IMG/VR virus record: IMGVR_UViG_3300035670_000153
Span: 8,173 to 72,172 of that record
DNA length: 64,000 nt
Direction: 5' to 3' (one strand)
Origin: a virus
Within the stretch, counting starts at the first letter, position 1, and each line of letters opens with the position of its first letter. The position numbers and the translations under genes were made by a program. This document shows positions 10,017 to 20,273 of the stretch, piece after piece. The notes beneath the pieces were generated by a model. That model worked only from the letters and a program-made list of their open reading frames with translations, made no database searches and was not told where the DNA came from.

Positions 10017-10806
10017 TGTACAATTTGTCTTGCGTAAATACAGGTATTTCTTTATCTATAATCCACTTAGAGCGAACTGTATCACCTTTATAATAGTTTC
10101 TTTTAATAATACAGCTTCCTCGTTTTTTATAAGTTTCTACATCATTAAAATTAATCCCTTTTTCTATAAATAATTTATCTTGTAATTTATCACAAGATAA
10201 TCCTTGTAATTGTTTGTGACTAAAATTGGCTTGTGCTAACATTTGGATTGAATTTCTTGTGGCATCTTGTTGTCTCCAAATGAAGTAGTTAGCTACCTCT
10301 TCTTTTGGTATAATAAATGCTCTGCTATCAAACAATGCAGTTCCTATTTTCTTATAGTAAATATCAGCAAACTTTTTTATTTCAGGATTTATAAACTCGG
10401 AGTATTTTTCATCTACTCCTTTATTTTGATAATCCCATACATTTAGTCCAAATGATTTGTTAAATCCCATAGTAGCTATACTTGCAGATACGCTTACCAT
10501 TTTTTGAATATTTTTATTGAACCATGCATCAGTCGTAATCGTGTCATCATCGGTAAATAAAAGAGAGATTTCATCTGATTGGACATACGCAATTTTACAG
10601 CCTTGTATTCTCTCACATAGCTCTTTAGCTGTTTCTTGCATTGTATTAATTAAAACTTCATCAAAAGGTTTTTGAAACCCTTTAGTAAAGGTATGGAATG
10701 CTTTTCCGTCAATTCTTATAATTACTGGAATTCTTCTTGTTAAAAATATTCTGCTTATATCTTCATATTTTTTCATTCTATCCCCTAAAGAATCATTTTT
10801 ATTCAT
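10000..10806 (-). CDS. thg1: tRNA(His) guanylyltransferase Thg1-like protein (3'-5' polymerase)
   Basis: RMKxYE, IRIDGKAFHTFT, YVQSDEISL, FDSR, YFIWRQQDATRNS. Confidence 0.93.
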   Translation of the reverse strand: MNKNDSLGDRMKKYEDISRIFLTRRIPVIIRIDGKAFHTFTKGFQKPFDEVLINTMQETAKELCERIQGCKIAYVQSDEISLLFTDDDTITTDAWFNKNIQKMVSVSASIATMGFNKSFGLNVWDYQNKGVDEKYSEFINPEIKKFADIYYKKIGTALFDSRAFIIPKEEVANYFIWRQQDATRNSIQMLAQANFSHKQLQGLSCDKLQDKLFIEKGINFNDVETYKKRGSCIIKRNYYKGDTVRSKWIIDKEIPVFTQDKLYIECLL

Positions 10807-10920
10807 CGTATTTTTGCACCTCCTATTTTATATAAATTATTTTTTATTACAATATTATATTAACACATAAATCCATAAAGGTCAAGTATAATAATATGAA
10901 TTTATTATTAAAAAATTAAA

Positions 10921-10956
10921 AGCTATAGAGGTATTATTATAAATACCTTTATAGCT
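10921..10956 (-). terminator. Rho-independent terminator hairpin
   Basis: AGCTATAGAGGTATT / AATACCTTTATAGCT inverted repeat downstream of the glycosyltransferase gene, followed by a T tract on the minus strand. Confidence 0.6.
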
Positions 10957-10979
10957 CTATCATTATTTTTATATTTTTA

Positions 10980-12311
10980 TTATGTATTTAATTCATAATG
11001 CTTCTTAATTACATTATGATATTTATTATATAAATAAGATTTACTATCAAATGTATCAGTCTCTTGTGTATCAATAACAAACATATTATAATTGTTAACT
11101 TTGTAATCACGTACAATGCCATCTTTTAATATAAGTTGTTGTTTAAATACTTGATAGTTGACTTGATGATGCCATCTATTAAATTTCCAAACAACTTTAG
11201 CAACATCAGGATGCATATCTTCTAACATCTTTGATTTAGGATAAGTTCCTTCATGAGAATAAAATTCTTCTGTATTACCTCCTTCTATTTTTTGAGTAGT
11301 GCATTTACCCGCTAGAAAAGCATTGAATTGGACTGTACACCATCCATCTTTTAATGCTCTAATACTTAAATCAGTATCTTCATTATACCTACCTCTCCAT
11401 CTATAAGGGATATCATTTCTTATCAATAAAAAAGAATATATTCGTGTATTTAAAACGAATGCAGGTGTTTTGTCAGACATTTTACAAAACATAGAATAGT
11501 TTAATCCTGCTATTGCTAAATTTTCATACCTATCCACAAAATCTTCACATGCAGAGAATATAGCTCCTGTTCTACATTTTTGTTTCATATTATTATTCAT
11601 ATAATGGAATCCTTCTAACGCATTATCATCAAATACCCAATGCCATTCATGTCCATTAAGTATTGAATGCTCCCAACAAAAATTTCTAGCAGCTCCTGGA
11701 CCGCATGACTTTGAATTACCTAAATCATCAAAAGTATCATAATCATCTTTATATTTCATATCAAGCTCTAGAATTGTGGCATATTTATTTTGCACATTCT
11801 CTTGATACTTATTAAAATCAGATGGTTCTACAACTACAAAATGTTTAACTTCCATTTGTGATAAGTATCTAGATGTGTAACACTTATTACTCCTACCTTT
11901 ACTAACTATATATATCGGATATCTATTTTCATTATAATTTCCAAGAACTCTTAATGAAGAATGTTTACCTGCTATAAGTTTAGGATACCAAACACTAGTT
12001 GTCTTTTCAGATATGTTTTGGTCAAATATTTCTTGAGCTAACTGTAAATCTTCTGAGTTAAATATAAAATTAATTTTAGCATACGGTTCTTGTTTGTTAG
12101 AGATATATTCTGGCATATTAAACCATTCTTTTTGCCATTGTTCTTTTGATACCTTTTTATTTAAAGTCCTTTTTTTTTCTTTAAACTCATGGGTATGGAT
12201 ATTAAATTCTGTCATACTCGAGTTTAGCATAATATTATTCCGTTTGGAAAACTCATTCAAATCATTTTCATTTTCAAATCTACAAATAATAATATTTCTC
12301 ATAAGACACAT
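10980..12311 (-). CDS. TAGT/GREB1-like (GT-A fold) DNA-base glycosyltransferase
   Basis: YPIYIVSKGR, GPGAARNFCWEHS, WVFDDN, NTRIYS, WRGRYNEDTDLS, GGNTEEFY, WKFNRWHH. Confidence 0.75.
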   Translation of the reverse strand: MCLMRNIIICRFENENDLNEFSKRNNIMLNSSMTEFNIHTHEFKEKKRTLNKKVSKEQWQKEWFNMPEYISNKQEPYAKINFIFNSEDLQLAQEIFDQNISEKTTSVWYPKLIAGKHSSLRVLGNYNENRYPIYIVSKGRSNKCYTSRYLSQMEVKHFVVVEPSDFNKYQENVQNKYATILELDMKYKDDYDTFDDLGNSKSCGPGAARNFCWEHSILNGHEWHWVFDDNALEGFHYMNNNMKQKCRTGAIFSACEDFVDRYENLAIAGLNYSMFCKMSDKTPAFVLNTRIYSFLLIRNDIPYRWRGRYNEDTDLSIRALKDGWCTVQFNAFLAGKCTTQKIEGGNTEEFYSHEGTYPKSKMLEDMHPDVAKVVWKFNRWHHQVNYQVFKQQLILKDGIVRDYKVNNYNMFVIDTQETDTFDSKSYLYNKYHNVIKKHYELNT

Positions 12312-12399
12312 CCTTTTTTTTATTTTTTTAATCTTAATACTATAATAACCTATAAAAATAAAAAAGTCAAGTTTTATACTTAACTTTTTTATTTATTTT

Positions 12400-12621
12400 T
12401 TATTTTTTAATTTTAAAAAATTTATTAGCATCAATTTCACTAAGACATATGATTAGGAAAAATAATGGGGTTATAATATTAACAAATGGTATGAAAAAAC
12501 AAATATGTAATATTTTTGTATCACTATATGATTCAGATTTTAAAATTGCAAATCTAGTCATAAAATAACTTATTATATAACTTAATACTATAATTGAAAT
12601 CACAATTTTTAATAGATTCAT
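12400..12621 (-). CDS. Small membrane protein
   Basis: Hydrophobic, FIPFVN motif; RBS. Confidence 0.6.
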   Translation of the reverse strand: MNLLKIVISIIVLSYIISYFMTRFAILKSESYSDTKILHICFFIPFVNIITPLFFLIICLSEIDANKFFKIKK

Positions 12622-12638
12622 GTTATATCCTCCTTATA

Positions 12639-12827
12639 TTATTTATTTAATAATTTTTCATAATACACAATTATCATAGTTATTCCATTTGAGATTAAAA
12701 TTGCCATAATTGTATCAACTTTACGTTCTGTGATAGTTTTATCGATAATTAATTCTATAAATTGCCATATAAAAGTTATAGATTGATAAACCATATAATA
12801 AATTATAAAATATGCAATAAATTTCAT
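12639..12827 (-). CDS. Small membrane protein
   Basis: Hydrophobic; RBS. Confidence 0.55.
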   Translation of the reverse strand: MKFIAYFIIYYMVYQSITFIWQFIELIIDKTITERKVDTIMAILISNGITMIIVYYEKLLNK

Positions 12828-12830
12828 AGA

Positions 12831-13085
12831 CTATTCTCCTTTAATGACAAGAGTTTGAGGTATATAATTATATGAGAGGTTCTTTCCTTTTAATTCAGGA
12901 TATAAATTGTAAATCATATCCCACGCTTTTCTTTCTATATTAATTGATTGTTTGAGTGCTTTTATTGTTTTCTTATAGCTACCAAATAAACTGTCTTTAA
13001 ATCTTTCAGCTGATATTCTAAACGCATAACTTTCTTTAAACAAATCTTTTATATCTTGTGGTAATGCATAATCTTTTTTACACAT
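12831..13085 (-). CDS. Hypothetical protein
   Basis: RBS; co-oriented. Confidence 0.6.
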   Translation of the reverse strand: MCKKDYALPQDIKDLFKESYAFRISAERFKDSLFGSYKKTIKALKQSINIERKAWDMIYNLYPELKGKNLSYNYIPQTLVIKGE

Positions 13086-13150
13086 TAATTATTTCTCCTT
13101 TATTATTTATTATTATAAATAACAATTTTATTTTTAAATTTTAAAAACTT

Positions 13151-13435
13151 TTATTTTTCTTCTAATTCTACATTGACCCCAGCGAATGTGAATCCTTTTC
13201 CTGAGTTCACCATAAATTCAGAAAAAACATCTAACCAAATTATGCCATAATGGATTACTCCATCTTTAGTATCATTAATAATACTTTTTTGAATTATACC
13301 TATAGGTTTACCTTGATTCATTATTGGTTTATTGCATGAATCTTTACATATTTTTAATAGAAACTCTTCATCAAGTACTACGGTGTTTTGGATTTTAAAA
13401 AATTCAGGTATTTCTACTTTTATAGTTTTTCTCAT
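13151..13435 (-). CDS. Hypothetical protein
   Basis: GGAGG RBS. Confidence 0.6.
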   Translation of the reverse strand: MRKTIKVEIPEFFKIQNTVVLDEEFLLKICKDSCNKPIMNQGKPIGIIQKSIINDTKDGVIHYGIIWLDVFSEFMVNSGKGFTFAGVNVELEEK

Positions 13436-13457
13436 GACTCCTCCTTATTTTATTTTT

Positions 13458-13706
13458 TTATCTTTTCGTTATGCTAATACTTCTAATATCTTTTAATAAA
13501 TCAATCGCATTATTGTATTTAAAATATCCCCTTAACCCACACCACGATAAACTATTATCTGAATACAAAATGAAATTATTATCATCTGAATTATTGTTTT
13601 GTTTTATAAGAGTTCGAATATTAAAATTTAGACTTCTTGATTTATAGTAAAGAAAATCATATTCCTCTGATTCTTGGTTTACAATTTCTACTTTATATTT
13701 CCACAT
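13458..13706 (-). CDS. Hypothetical protein
   Basis: RBS. Confidence 0.55.
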   Translation of the reverse strand: MWKYKVEIVNQESEEYDFLYYKSRSLNFNIRTLIKQNNNSDDNNFILYSDNSLSWCGLRGYFKYNNAIDLLKDIRSISITKR

Positions 13707-13744
13707 ACTATATATTCTCCTATTTGTTTTTATTCTTTATTTAA

Positions 13745-13996
13745 TTATTCAAAAATATCATCCATGACATAAATAGTATTTTGTGTAATTACTCGGACAC
13801 CATAATCATCTTCATCAATTTCTTTTATTATACTCGTTGTCAATACTTTTCCATTTTCACAATTAAAAACCATTCGACCACCTATTTCTAAATTGCATTC
13901 TAATTCACCAACCCTACCAATTAAGGAAGGATAGAAATCATCTACTCTATTTTCCCCTTTCAAATCTGTTACACTTGAGATTATTAATTTACTCAT
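13745..13996 (-). CDS. Hypothetical protein
   Basis: GGAGG RBS; phage-like LTTS..T.NT.Y motif. Confidence 0.65.
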   Translation of the reverse strand: MSKLIISSVTDLKGENRVDDFYPSLIGRVGELECNLEIGGRMVFNCENGKVLTTSIIKEIDEDDYGVRVITQNTIYVMDDIFE

Positions 13997-14076
13997 AAAT
14001 TATTCCTCCTTTTCACGATAAAAGAAACCTTTTATCTTACTATTATAATCTTTGCTACCCTTGATAAATAACAATT

Positions 14077-14268
14077 TTAAAAAGTACCAGTTGTAAAAAA
14101 TTTAATTAAAGTATCACTACTGCTATAAGTTTTTTCTTTAGTAGCTTCACTCTTTCTATATTCTTCAACCCTTTCTTTATCATAATGGCAACATGTCTCG
14201 CATGGATGATTCCCATATTCTTTTGATGAACAGTTGTTATAATCATATTTAATTGGACATTTATTCAT
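14077..14268 (-). CDS. Small Cys-rich protein
   Basis: GGAGG RBS. Confidence 0.55.
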   Translation of the reverse strand: MNKCPIKYDYNNCSSKEYGNHPCETCCHYDKERVEEYRKSEATKEKTYSSSDTLIKFFTTGTF

Positions 14269-14284
14269 GTTTCCTCCTTATAAG

Positions 14285-14533
14285 TTATTCCTTAACTATA
14301 TAATAACCAACAATAATTCTACCGACTTTATAATTATCTATATTTAACTCTTCTGCATCACACACATCTTCTATACCTTTTTCTGCTTCTTGTATACTCT
14401 TAAACTTTAAAAATGGTATATCACTATTTATTAGATTAATACTATGACCATTGCATTCTAGTATTAAATTATTACGCTTATCAATGATAACAATGTACTC
14501 TATTTTTTTAGCAAATTCATCTAAAATATTCAT
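14285..14533 (-). CDS. Hypothetical protein
   Basis: GAGG RBS. Confidence 0.55.
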   Translation of the reverse strand: MNILDEFAKKIEYIVIIDKRNNLILECNGHSINLINSDIPFLKFKSIQEAEKGIEDVCDAEELNIDNYKVGRIIVGYYIVKE

Positions 14534-14564
14534 AATTTACCTCAATTTAAAAATTTTTTTTTAT

Positions 14565-14792
14565 TTACAACTCTTGTATTTTTTTGAAATAATATTTTAA
14601 ATCTTTATTTTCACTATTATTTACCTCGACATTTAATATTCCTGTTTTTAAATATCCTTTACTTAATTCACATTGTTGTTGGATATCTCTAATCATCATA
14701 ATTGTTCTCTGTGATATTTCTTCTTCGGTCTTACACTTTTCAAATATATCAGAAATAATACTCATAAATTCATATCTGTCTGCCATATTCAT
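14565..14792 (-). CDS. Hypothetical protein
   Basis: RBS. Confidence 0.55.
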   Translation of the reverse strand: MNMADRYEFMSIISDIFEKCKTEEEISQRTIMMIRDIQQQCELSKGYLKTGILNVEVNNSENKDLKYYFKKIQEL

Positions 14793-14939
14793 TCTCCTTT
14801 TTATAATTTATTTGACCACTATTTAATATTTTTAGGTGAAAAGTATTTTAACCTCTCACCTAAATTTAACATCATATTAATAATAACACATACTCAATTC
14901 ATTGTCAACAATATTATTCAATTTATTATTTACTATCCA

Positions 14940-15395
14940 CTACTTCAATAAATCAGCAATTTCATCAATCTCTAATTCGGTTTTCTTTTCCTCAGATAGC
15001 AACTTTTCTAATTTACTTTCCATAGCTTTTAACTTATTTTCTTCTTCCTTATTAAATAACACTTCTAGTTTATTATTTATATCATCAATCCAATCAATAA
15101 TATTGTACCCGTTATAATTCAAATCATTTAAAACTCCTAATTCTTCTGCTGACTTTTTATACACATTAAGTATAACTAAATGTTCAATTAAATCTCTCTT
15201 ACTCAATACATTAATATTTGATACTTGTTCCTTTAATGGCAATATACAATTTGTAATAGGTATAAACCTCTTCAACTTACCAATTTTTTCTTTCTTTTCT
15301 GCAATTTGCTTTCTCATTTCTAATATTCTTTCATCGTTTTTATTTGTCATATTAATACATCCTCTCATATAATTTATTATTTTGTAAATATACAT
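14940..15395 (-). CDS. Coiled-coil hypothetical protein (true start probably MTNK at ~15350)
   Basis: GAGG precedes the internal ATG. Confidence 0.65.
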   Translation of the reverse strand: MYIYKIINYMRGCINMTNKNDERILEMRKQIAEKKEKIGKLKRFIPITNCILPLKEQVSNINVLSKRDLIEHLVILNVYKKSAEELGVLNDLNYNGYNIIDWIDDINNKLEVLFNKEEENKLKAMESKLEKLLSEEKKTELEIDEIADLLK

Positions 15396-16428
15396 TTTTA
15401 TAAATAGGTTTTACATATTCAAATATTTCTTCTAAAGTTGTGTTTTCTAAAACTTTTATCCCAAAAACATCTCGTTTATTATTACAATCTTTTAAGTAAT
15501 ATTTTTTATTTTCAATTGCCCAATATCTACACACTTCGTATTTATCCTCGTCTTTATTAAATATATAAGTCCAACTTCTATCTGCTATGTGTGCTAAAAA
15601 ATCATCATAAGTATAATTAATTATTTCATTTTTACTATAGTCAATTGGTGAATATTGCTTTTTACCTTCCATTAGCTCAAATAACTCAGCATAATCTTCA
15701 CAACATTCTGATGTATCAATTCCTATGAATTTTTTAGATAGTGAATTTAAACAATCAATTTCTATTTTAATATTATCACTATAACTACTTTTATATTTTC
15801 TTGCAAAGAAATGTCTTTTACCTTTTTGTTCTATTTTATTATAAGCACCTGTATTCCAATTCATATCACCATATTCCCAATAATCAAATCTACCCATATA
15901 AACCCATTTCTCATTATTTTTATTTAAATAAGTATATCCTAAATTTAAATCTTTTGCCTTAATGTATTCATTATTATGCACAATGGTATTATATTCTTGA
16001 ATTTCTTTATAGTCTTGAGAGTCAACTGGTATTAGAATTAAATCTTTACCATCCCATCCATAAACAAATTCACCTTCTAAACCTTTCCCTTTTATTGAGC
16101 TTGTATTTTCTAATATATATAATAAATTCTCAATATTTATTTCAAACTCAAAATCCCTAGGGTCATATACTCTAACATATGTTTGCCTATGATTCCATCC
16201 TGTATTATATCCTCCTGCTTTCTTATTAAGTACAAATCCAGATGTAGGTTCATTAATAAATTCTTTTGGTTCAATTTCTTCATCTCTCCAACCATTCCAA
16301 GATGTTTCTTTACGTAATTTATTTTTTTCATCAAAATATGTAATGTATGCTAATTTCTTGGTATATGTATCAGAACGTTTTTGAAACCCTACTTTAATTC
16401 TTTTAGGTAGAAATATACTGCTTTTCAA
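15352..16428 (-). CDS. Conserved large-phage hypothetical protein
   Basis: Long ORF, TTG start with GGAGG; VRVYDPRDFEFEI motif. Confidence 0.8.
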   Translation of the reverse strand: MKSSIFLPKRIKVGFQKRSDTYTKKLAYITYFDEKNKLRKETSWNGWRDEEIEPKEFINEPTSGFVLNKKAGGYNTGWNHRQTYVRVYDPRDFEFEINIENLLYILENTSSIKGKGLEGEFVYGWDGKDLILIPVDSQDYKEIQEYNTIVHNNEYIKAKDLNLGYTYLNKNNEKWVYMGRFDYWEYGDMNWNTGAYNKIEQKGKRHFFARKYKSSYSDNIKIEIDCLNSLSKKFIGIDTSECCEDYAELFELMEGKKQYSPIDYSKNEIINYTYDDFLAHIADRSWTYIFNKDEDKYEVCRYWAIENKKYYLKDCNNKRDVFGIKVLENTTLEEIFEYVKPIYKNVYLQNNKLYERMY

Positions 16429-16470
16429 ATTAATATCCTCCTTTAAATTTATTATGATGAAGTCAAATTT

Positions 16471-16866
16471 TTATTTAATGTTGTTCTTATCATCAATACT
16501 ATGTATTTCAAATACCAAATCATATTTATTACAACAACTTAATTCACAACTTATACGCATATTAATTAAAGTAGCTTTCATTGTTCTTTCTAAGATAGAT
16601 TCTTCTCCTGTAGTTATATCATGGATGATATGATTACAATTAATATTAAAATCAATCACATTATTTCTATTCATTATAAAATTAATAAAATCTAAATCTA
16701 CTAATAGAGCATGTTTTAATATGAGAAATGTCTTTATTTTAGATTTGACTAATATATCTTTCATAATAGCATTTAATGGGACAATAAAACCTTTTGCCAC
16801 ACCTATTCCACATAATTGATAATTGCCAACATCTATAATCACATAATCTTTACTTATATTTTTCAT
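16471..16866 (-). CDS. Hypothetical protein
   Basis: GGAGG RBS. Confidence 0.6.
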   Translation of the reverse strand: MKNISKDYVIIDVGNYQLCGIGVAKGFIVPLNAIMKDILVKSKIKTFLILKHALLVDLDFINFIMNRNNVIDFNINCNHIIHDITTGEESILERTMKATLINMRISCELSCCNKYDLVFEIHSIDDKNNIK

Positions 16867-16888
16867 ATTTACCTCCTTAGTTTTACTA

Positions 16889-17098
16889 TTATTCCACCTT
16901 CACACCACATATAGGGCAAAAATTAACTTTAAATTTCTCACCATGTTCTAAACAACATTTATCATCTTCATCTACTAATCTGATATAACCTCTGTCAAAT
17001 AAAACCTGCATTTTGATTTCAGTAGTTATATAACTATTTGATATATCAAATGTTTTTTCAATTAAAACTTTATCACATAGACACATAATTCCCTCCAT
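16889..17098 (-). CDS. Small Zn-ribbon protein
   Basis: CLC...NFCPICG. Confidence 0.6.
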   Translation of the reverse strand: MEGIMCLCDKVLIEKTFDISNSYITTEIKMQVLFDRGYIRLVDEDDKCCLEHGEKFKVNFCPICGVKVE

Positions 17099-17100
17099 TA

Positions 17101-17331
17101 TTAATATAATTTATCATACAATTCTTCTAAATCTTTTTTTATATCATCAATTAAAGCTAACCCTTTAATATCTTTTAATTTATATAATATATCTGCAATA
17201 TCACTTTCTATATTAACTATAGCCTCTTTAGCTTCAATAGCAGGAATAAATTCTTTATTATCATCATTATCTTTAATATTTAACCCTAATACAACACTAT
17301 TATCAATATTTTTCCTATAGCTTATATTCAT
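17101..17331 (-). CDS. Hypothetical protein
   Basis: RBS. Confidence 0.55.
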   Translation of the reverse strand: MNISYRKNIDNSVVLGLNIKDNDDNKEFIPAIEAKEAIVNIESDIADILYKLKDIKGLALIDDIKKDLEELYDKLY

Positions 17332-17352
17332 AGTTTCCTCATTTCATAATGT

Positions 17353-17604
17353 TTATTTTTGATATTTAATCTTTACCCTTAATTTTTCTAATTTATCAAG
17401 TCTATCTATAACTTCGATTAGCCACTCATTTTTTAATTCATTCGCAAATTGTTTCAATATATCTCTATCTGTTGATACAAAGAAACAATCATTATAATAA
17501 AATATATTTGGTTTCACTTCTTTATATCCAATAGCTAATTTATTCTTACTTGGCTTAATAGTTAATTCTAAAGTTTCTTTATTATGATATAATTCATAAT
17601 GCAT
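17353..17604 (-). CDS. Hypothetical protein
   Basis: GGAGG RBS. Confidence 0.6.
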   Translation of the reverse strand: MHYELYHNKETLELTIKPSKNKLAIGYKEVKPNIFYYNDCFFVSTDRDILKQFANELKNEWLIEVIDRLDKLEKLRVKIKYQK

Positions 17605-17685
17605 CTTTATTCCTCCATTAATTCAATTTTATATTTTAAATATTGCTTTTATAACCATTAAGATTACTGAATATTTTAGTTAATG

Positions 17686-18054
17686 TTAATCTGATATAAT
17701 ATTAAATTTCTTTATACAATTTTCACATACATATGTGTTATATATAGTTTTATAAACAGATAAAACAATTCCTGCACATTCATTACATCTAATTTTTTTA
17801 ACACATATAGATTTTTTGTTTTTAAAGTTTTCTATTTCTGCTCGTAATCTAATATTTTCCTTTTCTAATTCATCAAGCTCATTATTAATACTAATATCAT
17901 CTACTATATCAAATATTCCTTTATTATGCCACATTATACTACCATCTTTATCCATCAATGCATATGTATTATCTGATTCACCCCATATATTATAACTTAT
18001 ATTATGCCTTAAATAATTGCTAGTGTAACTTGTTTTTAATTTTACTCTCTTCAT
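17686..18054 (-). CDS. Hypothetical protein with C-terminal CxxC...CxxC
   Basis: RBS; coiled coil plus Zn finger. Confidence 0.6.
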   Translation of the reverse strand: MKRVKLKTSYTSNYLRHNISYNIWGESDNTYALMDKDGSIMWHNKGIFDIVDDISINNELDELEKENIRLRAEIENFKNKKSICVKKIRCNECAGIVLSVYKTIYNTYVCENCIKKFNIISD

Positions 18055-18257
18055 ATTATTCTCCTTCTAATTAATTTATTTCTTTTTTCATTTATTTCCT
18101 CACTTTTTTTAATAGCATGTAAAACTAATAAAATTACCCCACTAGAGCCCCATATTATTCTAAAAAAATTATTATCCATTCCCATAATCAGAGTTCCAGT
18201 TGAGCTAATTGCACATATTCCCAATAATATAGTATATAATATTATAAACCTCCTCAT
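18051..18257 (-). CDS. Small membrane protein
   Basis: Two TM segments. Confidence 0.5.
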   Translation of the reverse strand: MRRFIILYTILLGICAISSTGTLIMGMDNNFFRIIWGSSGVILLVLHAIKKSEEINEKRNKLIRRRII

Positions 18258-18571
18258 TAAATTGATTTTTTAACTCATATTAATATTATCATATTTAAAT
18301 TTAAAAGTCAATATTTAAATTGACTTTTAAATTTATTATTTATATTTCATATTTTTTTCTGATTGTTTCTGTAAATTCTATGACTGTAACTTTTATATCT
18401 GTAACTTTAAATGCAGACTTTAATTCAGCAAGTTTTTTTAACATTTCTGATTCATCATCAAATATTAAATTTTCATTCCTTCTACGTGTACTACCTATAT
18501 AACCTTTAAACCATTCGATGCAATATTTTTTAATCACATTCAATCAAATCACCCATTAAATTTTTTAAATA

Positions 18572-19009
18572 TTATTCTGTATCTATTCCTAGTCTTGGTA
18601 AATCTAATTTATCAATAATTTGTTTAGTATCTAACAATTTAAACCCATCTTTATTATATAATACTTTTGCTATTAAAATTCTCTCTTTAACTTTTAAATT
18701 AGATACTCTAGCAAAAGAGTGAATCTTATTATTTATTTCTATTTCAGATTTAAAACCTGATACACCATTCCTATCTTTATAATTATGTACTAAAATTTGA
18801 TAAATCCCATATTTCATTTTATCTTTAGATGTCCATGTAATGTTTTCTACTGCAACCCCTTCGGGTCTTAGAACATCTATATCTAGATAACCAGTAGTAT
18901 TACTATTTTTAAAATCAAAATATATCAAGTTTCCGTCAGGCTCTATGCAATGTAAATCATAATCATTTAAATCTTCTAAATTATCATTCCATTGTATAGA
19001 CATCCTCAT
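18572..19009 (-). CDS. YfaP/DUF2135-like domain; probably the C-terminal part of the 19136-20146 gene
   Basis: DYDLHCIEPDG, LDID, AVENITW; frame stays open 42 codons upstream to the in-frame TGA at 19136-19138. Confidence 0.7.
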   Translation of the reverse strand: MRMSIQWNDNLEDLNDYDLHCIEPDGNLIYFDFKNSNTTGYLDIDVLRPEGVAVENITWTSKDKMKYGIYQILVHNYKDRNGVSGFKSEIEINNKIHSFARVSNLKVKERILIAKVLYNKDGFKLLDTKQIIDKLDLPRLGIDTE

Positions 19010-19135
19010 AGTACCTTCTACATTACCTCCAACGTTAGCTACATTAGATTTAATATCTGTACTAATATTATTTGGATGATTAAATAATTTTAATATTAAA
19101 ATAACACTAAATATTATAATTACTACTACAGCAAT

Positions 19136-20146
19136 TCATGCAATAGGATTACCTTTTTCACTTATAGATTTCAATTTACGTTTTCTCTTTAAAATAGTTA
19201 ATAACATGATAATTGGAACTAAGTCTAAAAATACTGCATAAACTATTTGTATTACTAATATTACAGAAGCAAGTTTATATCCTTTCATTGATGCAATGTT
19301 TTTTGATATTCCTATAAATCCTCTATTTGGTAATCTTAATTCTACCTCAGATGTAATGTTAGATGCATTATTATTTGTAATATCTGATATTTCAGAAACT
19401 TTAACCTCTTTATTAGAAATACTATTTAATGAAATATTATTTAGTTCAGCTATCCTTAAATCAGCTTCATTTATTTTAGTATTAAGGTCATTGATATCTT
19501 TATTAATTCTTTTTGTTTCTAAAGTTACCCACCAAGCACCTTTACTAGAATCAATATTCAATGAGTCATCCATTAGTTTCTTTAGTTGAGCATTATAAGT
19601 AATTTTACTACTATTTAAACTTGCTAATTCATTTGCTGTTATAGTATTTACCTGAGAACTACTATCGTCAATTCTTCTTATAGACTCCTCTTTAATGGTA
19701 TTTGTATTTGTTTCAGTTTTTACAGTGGAAGCTTCAATTATGTTGTTAACCATATTATATTGGAAACTTAAAGTGCAAAAAATACTAAGTATAAACAAAC
19801 ATGTAGCCATTATATATCTTTTATTTTCTAAAAAAACCATTGTACTAATTTGTAACACAAGTGCAGTAATTACAGCCATAACCTTTTCACTAAACGTAGT
19901 TGTAATTGTTAAAGCTAATACAACAGAATACCAACAACTAGCTATTAATCCTCCATACATTAGTCCAAAATAAAGATACATTCTCGCTTTAGCTACCCTA
20001 TAAAACTCTAGAAATCTTAAAAGTTTTACATTAGTAATTTTGATATTGTCCAGATTATTATCCTCTGCATCAAAATTTGATACTTCATGAATTGCTTTTA
20101 CTTTCAACTTCTTATTGTTTAATTCTTGATTTGTATTACTTGACAT
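19136..20146 (-). CDS. Multi-TM/coiled-coil membrane protein, interrupted by an in-frame TGA
   Basis: GGAGG RBS; 3 N-terminal TMs, coiled coil, C-terminal TM. Confidence 0.75.
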   Translation of the reverse strand: MSSNTNQELNNKKLKVKAIHEVSNFDAEDNNLDNIKITNVKLLRFLEFYRVAKARMYLYFGLMYGGLIASCWYSVVLALTITTTFSEKVMAVITALVLQISTMVFLENKRYIMATCLFILSIFCTLSFQYNMVNNIIEASTVKTETNTNTIKEESIRRIDDSSSQVNTITANELASLNSSKITYNAQLKKLMDDSLNIDSSKGAWWVTLETKRINKDINDLNTKINEADLRIAELNNISLNSISNKEVKVSEISDITNNNASNITSEVELRLPNRGFIGISKNIASMKGYKLASVILVIQIVYAVFLDLVPIIMLLTILKRKRKLKSISEKGNPIA

Positions 20147-20273
20147 TTAAATCCCTCCTTTAAAATATGTGTTTATATGATTTATTTACCCTACACTTAA
20201 AAGTATAAACTAAATTTATCCATTTGTCAATGCATTAATTTAAATAATTTTTAATATAATATTTATTATAAAA

